64,000 nt of DNA from a virus (Duplodnaviria > Caudoviricetes). Both the position numbers and the translations under genes were made by a program. The DNA is taken from the IMG/VR virus record IMGVR_UViG_2871846418_000001, positions 7,517 through 71,516 of that record; one strand, 5' to 3'. The notes beneath the pieces were generated by a model, which was not told where the DNA came from, did no database searches, and worked only from the letters and a program-made list of their open reading frames with translations. Of this stretch, positions 18,096 to 24,845 are shown in pieces; position 1 is the stretch's first letter; every line of letters starts with the position of its first letter.

Positions 18096-18227
18096 CTACT
18101 CCTCAATAGGTTTTTTGGGTGGTGGTGGTGCAGGTGGAGGCGGTGGCCGACGCTGCTGTGGAGGTAACGGATTTTTACCCTTATCAATTTGTTGATACGG
18201 TGGTGGTGTCGGTGCTTTCCTCGACAT
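18096..18227 (-). CDS. Polyproline peptide 1 (43 aa)
   Basis: AGGAG RBS inside upstream gene; MSRKAPTPPPYQQIDKGKNPLPPQQRRPPPPPAPPPPKKPIEE. Confidence 0.82.
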   Translation of the reverse strand: MSRKAPTPPPYQQIDKGKNPLPPQQRRPPPPPAPPPPKKPIEE

Positions 18228-18828
18228 AATCTACTCCTGGAGTGTCTTGTAGGAACTCAACCCATTTAATATCAGAAATATTAAATATCATCAATTTGAC
18301 TGTTGGCATATCCTGATAGCCATCAGGCAGCACCCAGCTTGGATTCATTAAAACGAGGTGCCCCTTGGTTGGATCAGATGGCCATTCGGTCGGCCAGCCA
18401 AAGATTCTTCTCTCATCGTTCAAGTGTATAATTACAAAAGACTCATTACAGTTGAATGTGCCAAACCACTCGCAATGATAGGAAGTCTCTTTTGTGATTT
18501 TCAGCGTCCTAAGTATACTGTGAAGTCGATCATTGTTTGCAAATGTGCTAAATGTGAAACCGAAAATTACAGCAACAGCGTATGACCAAACGAGATGGAC
18601 GTTATTACTCCAAGCGCCAAAAGAATAGTATTTACCTAAGTAAATTAAAGTGAATTTTAATGCAGCCACTCCACCTTGAATAAATACAGTGAATATTAGA
18701 GCTTGGATAATTCGTTCAAATTGGGCTTGTTTCGGATACGAAGTAAAAGCATGGAAGATCCAAGCCGTAACAAACCCCGGAAGTAAATATTTTAGGATGT
18801 TGAATATTTCACTGCTAATTGATTCCAT
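18184..18828 (-). CDS. DUF6338-like membrane protein (3 TM + small beta domain)
   Basis: YLLPGF N-terminal motif, three hydrophobic helices, VIIHLNDERRIFGW...HLVL...IKWVEF. Confidence 0.8.
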   Translation of the reverse strand: MESISSEIFNILKYLLPGFVTAWIFHAFTSYPKQAQFERIIQALIFTVFIQGGVAALKFTLIYLGKYYSFGAWSNNVHLVWSYAVAVIFGFTFSTFANNDRLHSILRTLKITKETSYHCEWFGTFNCNESFVIIHLNDERRIFGWPTEWPSDPTKGHLVLMNPSWVLPDGYQDMPTVKLMIFNISDIKWVEFLQDTPGVDYVEESTDTTTVSTN

Positions 18829-18960
18829 TTGACAATCCTTGAGTCATAGCGGTCGCAGGAAGTCTTTTGTTTCATTTATGGCAATGCATGCAGTACGTGT
18901 TGCGTTTGATGCAATGAACTATACAATCGACTATGCACCATAATATCAGGACTGACCAAT

Positions 18961-19773
18961 ATGACCAACGCAATAGAACAACTCATAAAAATGCACGATC
19001 CGCGCTGTGTAAGCGCAGAGTCAATGAATGTAGGCCGTGGACGCGCTTCCCTGACCAGGGAGCAGATCCTCGGGGCATTAGCTGCAGTACAGCACCGGCA
19101 TTCAGTCGGCCTTGACCTGCTGATGTCCAAGTACCGCAACGATTATAAAGCGGAACAGCGGGTACGTGCAGCGATCAATGAATGGGTGCATCAACGACCA
19201 CATCCTGAACGCGCGACGGCAGCATGTCAGTTAGCCCTCAGTATCGCGCTTGAGCGAAACCTTCCAGCCCAGGTGGCGTACATTGCAGCACTACTTCGCC
19301 GATATGGCCCGCGAACAGCCCAAACGCGGAAAAATATTGAAGCGTTGCAATCCGAGATTAAAGCGCTGGAGAAACGGCGCAGCCAAGCACAGATCACCGA
19401 TATTGAATATCACGAGGTTGGCTTCGAAATTACCGATATAACCAAACGGATTGAGCGGGAGCGGGCAGCACTTCGAGCTTGGTCTGAACAACACGCCGCT
19501 ACAACCAATATATGCCCACGTTGCTCCGGTACCGGCCGCATGATTAGGCAGCATCCTATAGAGTGCGAAGAGTGTGGCGGTAAAGGCAAGATTCCGGCCA
19601 ATATGGAACATCTGCGTAAGTCCATGCGTATCATAGGGGCTGAGGTAGAGCCTGGTGAATGGGCAAGCCGTTATACCGAGTTGGTGAAACAGTGTATGGA
19701 TTGGATGTTCGTCGAAGAATCAAATGCGATTGGTGTACTATCAGATAGAATTGCTATGGAAAAAGGTGAGTAG
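18961..19773 (+). CDS. Q: Late antiterminator Q-like, zinc-finger type
   Basis: CPRCSGTG and CEECGGKG; upstream of pR' and lysis genes. Confidence 0.78.
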   Translation: MTNAIEQLIKMHDPRCVSAESMNVGRGRASLTREQILGALAAVQHRHSVGLDLLMSKYRNDYKAEQRVRAAINEWVHQRPHPERATAACQLALSIALERNLPAQVAYIAALLRRYGPRTAQTRKNIEALQSEIKALEKRRSQAQITDIEYHEVGFEITDITKRIERERAALRAWSEQHAATTNICPRCSGTGRMIRQHPIECEECGGKGKIPANMEHLRKSMRIIGAEVEPGEWASRYTELVKQCMDWMFVEESNAIGVLSDRIAMEKGE

Positions 19774-19776
19774 AAA

Positions 19777-20400
19777 ATGTTGAAAAGAACTCGCTCATTG
19801 TATGAAAACTGTATTAGGCCCGAACTGAACATTTATTCAGTCGGTATGCTTTTTATGTTCGCGATTTCTATGCTGCTGCTTCTTTTCGGCTTCTTGGGTG
19901 GAGCTGAATTCGTCGCCTTTATTATAGCAAGCGCTGTACTGGCTATAATAATTAAAATGCTGCCTGAGATTAGTGAGTTCTCTTTGGCCGGCAATACGGT
20001 TAAGTTGAAACAAAAATTGGATGAGGCGGAAGACTTAACTGAAAGTTTACGGAATCTTAAGCGAATTACCTTAAACACCATGATTGAGTTGATTATGAGA
20101 CATCCAGGGGGGTTCGGAAGCGTTTTTATAACTGATGAACGAATTCCAGACTTTATTGATTTCTATAGGCAGGTTGAAGGCACTGAGTTTGAGCGTGATT
20201 TAGCTGAAAAAATTAAAGAGCGTGCGCAAATTTTTGAAAGTGTACTGGAACGTGAAGTGAGTAATTATCATACACATGCGGCGGTAGATGAAGTGCACAG
20301 AAACGACTACCGAGAGAAATATGAAGAGGATAAATCGAATTTGAAGGTTATAAAATCGATTTTGGCTCGGTTGAAGGACCTATTGCCATCAGCAAACTAA
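19777..20400 (+). CDS. 2-TM membrane moron
   Basis: AT-rich 207-aa ORF, two N-terminal hydrophobic segments, coiled-coil. Confidence 0.7.
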   Translation: MLKRTRSLYENCIRPELNIYSVGMLFMFAISMLLLLFGFLGGAEFVAFIIASAVLAIIIKMLPEISEFSLAGNTVKLKQKLDEAEDLTESLRNLKRITLNTMIELIMRHPGGFGSVFITDERIPDFIDFYRQVEGTEFERDLAEKIKERAQIFESVLEREVSNYHTHAAVDEVHRNDYREKYEEDKSNLKVIKSILARLKDLLPSAN

Positions 20401-20454
20401 TGCGCTAAATTTCCGAAAGATGCCGGAGTATGCTTAAAGCTACTTCGGCTTTTT
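20383..20454 (+). promoter_or_regulatory. pR'-like late promoter 1 with leader terminator
   Basis: TTGCCA-17-TAAATT then hairpin (20422-20449) and T run. Confidence 0.78.
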
Positions 20455-20498
20455 ATTGGTCAGTCCAAAGCCTGCATGGTTCGCCCAGCAGGCTTTTT
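20418..20498 (+). ncRNA. Candidate pR'-leader sRNA antisense to a shared start-site motif
   Basis: ATTGGTCAGTCC (20455-20466) between two hairpins, exact complement of GGACTGACCAAT; 5' end estimated. Confidence 0.45.
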
Positions 20499-20526
20499 CT
20501 ATTCCCCCACGCAGGGGAGGTGGAGT

Positions 20527-20772
20527 ATGACAATGCAGGAGAAAGCAACCTTCGCGGCCTACCTCTCTTCGGGGTTCCTGGTGCTGGTCGGCAAGGTGGG
20601 TAAATGGTTTAACGACCTCACTCTCAATGACTGGGCGATCGTCATAGGTATCGCCATCGGTATCGCAACCTTCGCCGCCAACATCTATTTCCAGAATCGC
20701 CAGACGCGCGCCATTGAGCGGGCCTCTCGTGCCGGCGCCACGATCATCAATCCGGGACGTACCAACAAATGA
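20527..20772 (+). CDS. Holin
   Basis: 81 aa, two hydrophobic segments, basic C-terminus, Met-Thr-Met start; precedes endolysin. Confidence 0.82.
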   Translation: MTMQEKATFAAYLSSGFLVLVGKVGKWFNDLTLNDWAIVIGIAIGIATFAANIYFQNRQTRAIERASRAGATIINPGRTNK

Positions 20773-21317
20773 CGACTAAAAAGAAAATCGCCGCTACGGT
20801 CTGCTCTGTTTCAGTAATTATTGGGTTAGCCCTTAGCCAGGCAGATGACTTCACATCGGCAAACGGAAATCCTCTACGTTTTTCCAAGGCGGCAATGGAA
20901 GTGATGGGGAATGCGGAAGGCTGCCGCCGCGATCCGTATCTATGCCCCGCCAAAATCATCACACAGGGGATCGGCCATACCGGGAAAGGTGTTGCTGCCG
21001 TTAGTCAGGCCAGTGATCAGCAGATAGCGAAGTGGTTCGCCGAAGACCAACTGGCGGCGCAGAACTGCATTGAGGTTAATGTCGAACGTAAGCTGGGGAG
21101 GAAACTCTCTCAGGGGGTGTTCGATGGGATCGGGAGTTTTATTTTCAATGTGGGCTGTGGCCAGTTCACTCGCTCCACTATGTACCGCTACCTACTGGCC
21201 GAAGAGACCGTGGCCGCATGCGAGCAGCTGCCTCGCTGGATTTATGCTGGTAAAACGGTTCTTCCGGGGTTAGTCACGCGCCGCGAGAAAGAGAAGGCAC
21301 TCTGCCTAGCTCACTGA
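20769..21317 (+). CDS. SAR endolysin (lysozyme)
   Basis: N-terminal SAR segment; EGCRRDPY..TQGIGHT; GLVTRR. Confidence 0.9.
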   Translation: MTTKKKIAATVCSVSVIIGLALSQADDFTSANGNPLRFSKAAMEVMGNAEGCRRDPYLCPAKIITQGIGHTGKGVAAVSQASDQQIAKWFAEDQLAAQNCIEVNVERKLGRKLSQGVFDGIGSFIFNVGCGQFTRSTMYRYLLAEETVAACEQLPRWIYAGKTVLPGLVTRREKEKALCLAH

Positions 21318-21449
21318 AAACAGGCCCATTCAGGCCAAAATCATGCTGAATATCCCCAAGTCGGTAACGCTACGTGAAATCTGCGATCACGATGATTGTC
21401 GTTGCCCACGCATTTTTCATAGCAAACGGCTTTTAGCCTGGATCCCGAG

Positions 21450-21986
21450 ATGACCAACAAACTCTTGCTCACCATTGCCGGTGTCCTGCTGGCGGTGATC
21501 CTTGCGTTCTGCTGGGCTGCCACCCACTTCTACGGTGTATCCCTTGCGAAGGATAGGGAGCTAATCCAGACGAAAAACGAGCTGGATACAGCCACAGCCA
21601 TGAATGCCCAACAAGCATTCCAGTTCCAGCGCGCCAACGAGATATCAGCCGCCGCCAGCAGATACAACGTCACCATCTCAGCCAAGAGCGAGGAACGGCA
21701 AAATGAAACCCGCAATGACCTTAAAACTGAGGAGTGTGCTGATCGTTATATCCCTGACGCTACTGCTCAGCGCCTGTTCGCGTACACGAACGGTCTACGT
21801 GCCGACGCAATGCGCGATACCGGCAAACCTGACGGAGCCGCTTCTGGTTCCTCTACCGCCGGCAGACTGACATACCGCCAGGCGGTCCTTTGGATTGATC
21901 CGTTGCTCACTCTGTTGGATAGGGCGTACAACGATCGCGCATCAATCCGCAACCTCCCTCATCAGCAACCAGTCACTAAGGAATAA
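21450..21986 (+). CDS. Rz: i-spanin (Rz-like)
   Basis: N-terminal TM, helical periplasmic region, embedded lipoprotein ORF. Confidence 0.8.
   Translation: MTNKLLLTIAGVLLAVILAFCWAATHFYGVSLAKDRELIQTKNELDTATAMNAQQAFQFQRANEISAAASRYNVTISAKSEERQNETRNDLKTEECADRYIPDATAQRLFAYTNGLRADAMRDTGKPDGAASGSSTAGRLTYRQAVLWIDPLLTLLDRAYNDRASIRNLPHQQPVTKE
21703..21870 (+). CDS. Rz1: o-spanin lipoprotein (Rz1-like), embedded
   Basis: GAGGA RBS; lipobox LLSAC then Pro-rich chain. Confidence 0.72.
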   Translation: MKPAMTLKLRSVLIVISLTLLLSACSRTRTVYVPTQCAIPANLTEPLLVPLPPAD

Positions 21987-21988
21987 CT

Positions 21989-22201
21989 ATGACGACTACC
22001 AACCTCCAACCTCACCAGCAGCGAGTAGTGGACGAATTGAATGAACTGGAAGAGCGCCTCGAGAAGTTAAGTACCTTTATCGATGGCAGTATCTTCTGCG
22101 GACTTCCAGAGGAGGACCAACGGCTTCTTGAAGCACAGCGGCACATCATGTCGGCCTACGTTGAGGTACTGAAAAAGCGCGTAGAGCGGTTTGGAGCATA
22201 A
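21989..22201 (+). CDS. crAss001_48-like small coiled-coil protein
   Basis: PHQQRVVDELNEL...LLEAQRHIMSAYVEVLKKR. Confidence 0.7.
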   Translation: MTTTNLQPHQQRVVDELNELEERLEKLSTFIDGSIFCGLPEEDQRLLEAQRHIMSAYVEVLKKRVERFGA

Positions 22202-22269
22202 CCATCACAGAGCTCATCCCCAGGGTGGGCTCTCTAATGGTTAATGGAAGAGAGCAGTAAGCACATCAC

Positions 22270-23133
22270 ATGGCAAAGCATGACTGGAAAGCGCTGCAGG
22301 CTGAGTTCCTCAAGGAGAATGCAGCTACAGGGATTACAGCTCAGCAGTGGTGTGAGAACCGTGGACTGAACTATCAGTCTGCACGGAGGTACATCAAACC
22401 TCGTGCTGCGCAATCTGCGCAAAATAAAGCGCGCAACACTGCGCATAACGCGCAGCGCAATGAGAGTGCGCAAAACTGCGCAAAGGGAACTGGCTCGAGG
22501 GTTAACGACGAAAAAGTTTCGACAGACGAAAGCAACGAGACCGATACAGCTGCGGATCCTGCTGCGAAACCAAACTCCGGCAGGGATGGCGGCGGCAGAT
22601 TTACCGCTGGCAATAAAAACGCGGCCGGTAATCGTGGCAATCCGGCACCGGTCACCATGTTCACTCATCGGAACCAGGCAGCACGAAAACACTCTGCCTA
22701 TTCGATGTATCTCGATGCTGATGAGTTGTTTGAAGCGGTCGCAGACTCCGATCTACATGATGAACTGATCTTCACGCGCGCTCGCGCTCTGTCCGTTACC
22801 AAGACGATGAAGCAGATCATGGAGGATTTGCAGAACGCCGAGAGCGTGGAAACGCGTATTGAGCTGTACGACAAGTTTTTAAAAGCCGAGCAGGGCCTCG
22901 ACAGGAATATCGGACGTATTGAGTCGATAGAGCGAACGTTGAGCAGTTTGCGGCTGAACGACGTTAATGTTCCTCGTCTGAGTGAAGATACCCAACGAAT
23001 TATTGCGGCCACGGCCAAATTGAAAGCCGAGACGCAGAAGCTGACGGCAGAGAGCAAAGACGTTACGACGCCGTTGTCTGGCATCGTTAATGATATTCAG
23101 GGTATGAGTGACGACGGATTGATGTCCAAATGA
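22270..23133 (+). CDS. terS: Terminase small subunit
   Basis: MAKHDWKALQAEF HTH; GRFTAGNKNA; precedes terL. Confidence 0.85.
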   Translation: MAKHDWKALQAEFLKENAATGITAQQWCENRGLNYQSARRYIKPRAAQSAQNKARNTAHNAQRNESAQNCAKGTGSRVNDEKVSTDESNETDTAADPAAKPNSGRDGGGRFTAGNKNAAGNRGNPAPVTMFTHRNQAARKHSAYSMYLDADELFEAVADSDLHDELIFTRARALSVTKTMKQIMEDLQNAESVETRIELYDKFLKAEQGLDRNIGRIESIERTLSSLRLNDVNVPRLSEDTQRIIAATAKLKAETQKLTAESKDVTTPLSGIVNDIQGMSDDGLMSK

Positions 23134-24845
23134 CGACTCCACATTACGACGCCGCCACTGCTGATGATGCACTGAATGGGATGACTGCGGCACAACAGCG
23201 CTTGTTTATTACGACGAAGCTTTCCAATCCGTGGTGGAGGTTGAATAACCTCTACAAAATTGAGAACGAGAAGGGTGAACTGGTAACGTTTAGGTTGCGG
23301 CCGGCGCAGCGTGCGCTGTTCGAGTCGATGCATTACCGCAACATCATCCTCAAGGCTCGACAGCTTGGATTCTCGACGGCGATCGATATCTACCTTCTGG
23401 ATCAGGCGCTGTTCAATAAGAACCTGAAGTGCGGGATTATCGCGCAGGACAAATCAGCGGCCGGCGAGATATTCCGTACCAAGATTGCGATCCCCTTCGA
23501 TAACCTGCCAGGGTGGCTAAGAGCCGATTTCAAGATATCGGAACGCCGCAGCGGGGCGAACGGCGGTTACATTCTGTTTGCTCACGGCAGCAGCATTCAG
23601 GTCGCTACGTCGTTTCGCTCTGGTACCGTTCAACGCCTGCACATTTCTGAGCATGGGAAGATCTGCGCCAAGTATCCAGCCAAAGCCAAAGAGGTGCGCA
23701 CGGGTACGCTCAACGCCATTCACGACGGCTGTATCGCATTCATCGAAAGCACTGCGGAGGGCGTCGGCGGCGACTTCCACGAGATGAGCACTCGCTCGAT
23801 GGAACTGGGGCAGTCGGGAGTTGAACTGACCACTCAAGATTGGAAGTTTCATTTCTTCGCCTGGTGGCAGGATCCGAAGTATGTGGTGCAGGTTCCGGCT
23901 GCCGGTCTACGTCTCAGCAAATACCACAGGGAATATTTTTCAGGCGTTGAGCTGTCGATGCAGATCACGCTCAGCGCCGAGCAGCGCCAGTGGTATATCA
24001 ACAAAGAAATCGAGCAGCGCGACGAAATGAAACAGGAATTCCCCAGCACGCCGCTCGAGGCGTTCCTGACTTCTGGCCGCCGCGTATTCGATGCTATCAG
24101 CACGATGAAAGCGCAAGGCCACTGTACGCCGCCATTGCTGGTGTACGACATGGATCCGGTGACCGGCACCAAGACAAAAGCGCAGGGATTGCGAGGCGGT
24201 GAAACGAAAGAGCTCGTCCGTACTCTGCTGAATCACCTGCTGGTCTGGGAGCTTCCCGATCCGGAAGAGGACTATGCCATTGGCGCTGATATCGCGGAAG
24301 GGTTAGAGAACGGCGACCGATCATCGCTTGACGTCATTAAGAAGAGCAACGGTGAGCAGGTCGCACATTGGTTCGGCTACCTCGATGCAGAACTATTCGC
24401 GCAACTGCTGGCGCACGTCGGCAAATGGTACAACACCGCCTACATTGGGCCTGAGCGAAATAACCACGGCCATGCGGTGCTGCAGAAGCTGCGTGATATT
24501 TACCCGCTGCGCGCTATCTACGCAGAGCAGTATCTCGATCGTCAAGACGATGACGAAACACCAAAGCTCGGCTGGCTGACGACCAAGCAAAGCAAGCCTG
24601 TTATCACCGAAGGATTGAAGACCCTGTTACGCAACGGTGTCAGTGGTATCCGCTGGATCGGCACCGTCAATGAAGCGAACACCTACGTGTATGACCCCAA
24701 GGGCTCTATGGGCGCGCAAACTGGTTGTTTCGATGACCAGGTGATGAGCTATGCGATTGCTCAGGAAATGCGCGCGCGAATGCCGGCGCGCCCGAAGGTT
24801 ACACCTATCGACAGATCTAAACCAACACATTGGATGTCTCACTGA
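23130..24845 (+). CDS. terL: Terminase large subunit
   Basis: ILKARQLGFST, LHISE, ESTAEG, IGADIAEG, FDDQVMS. Confidence 0.93.
   Translation: MTTPHYDAATADDALNGMTAAQQRLFITTKLSNPWWRLNNLYKIENEKGELVTFRLRPAQRALFESMHYRNIILKARQLGFSTAIDIYLLDQALFNKNLKCGIIAQDKSAAGEIFRTKIAIPFDNLPGWLRADFKISERRSGANGGYILFAHGSSIQVATSFRSGTVQRLHISEHGKICAKYPAKAKEVRTGTLNAIHDGCIAFIESTAEGVGGDFHEMSTRSMELGQSGVELTTQDWKFHFFAWWQDPKYVVQVPAAGLRLSKYHREYFSGVELSMQITLSAEQRQWYINKEIEQRDEMKQEFPSTPLEAFLTSGRRVFDAISTMKAQGHCTPPLLVYDMDPVTGTKTKAQGLRGGETKELVRTLLNHLLVWELPDPEEDYAIGADIAEGLENGDRSSLDVIKKSNGEQVAHWFGYLDAELFAQLLAHVGKWYNTAYIGPERNNHGHAVLQKLRDIYPLRAIYAEQYLDRQDDDETPKLGWLTTKQSKPVITEGLKTLLRNGVSGIRWIGTVNEANTYVYDPKGSMGAQTGCFDDQVMSYAIAQEMRARMPARPKVTPIDRSKPTHWMSH

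Noticed and set aside
17123-18187. ORF-track His-rich, Gly-rich and Trp/Arg-rich ORFs (e.g. 17123-17314, 17769-17969, 17912-18109, 17996-18187)
   Set aside because: Alternate-frame or antisense shadows of the proline codons, without good RBSs
17220-18227. CRISPR array or DNA tandem repeat reading of the GGT/GGC-rich periodic region
   Set aside because: Units are not identical at DNA level, conservation is at codon level, and no cas genes are present
17220-18227. RiPP precursor cluster or mimics of plant CLE-type peptides
   Set aside because: No maturase, protease, exporter or secretion signal nearby; similarity to CLE is limited to GxNP
21330-21445. Possible structured RNA between endolysin and Rz
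   Set aside because: Could not establish a convincing fold, promoter or terminator by eye
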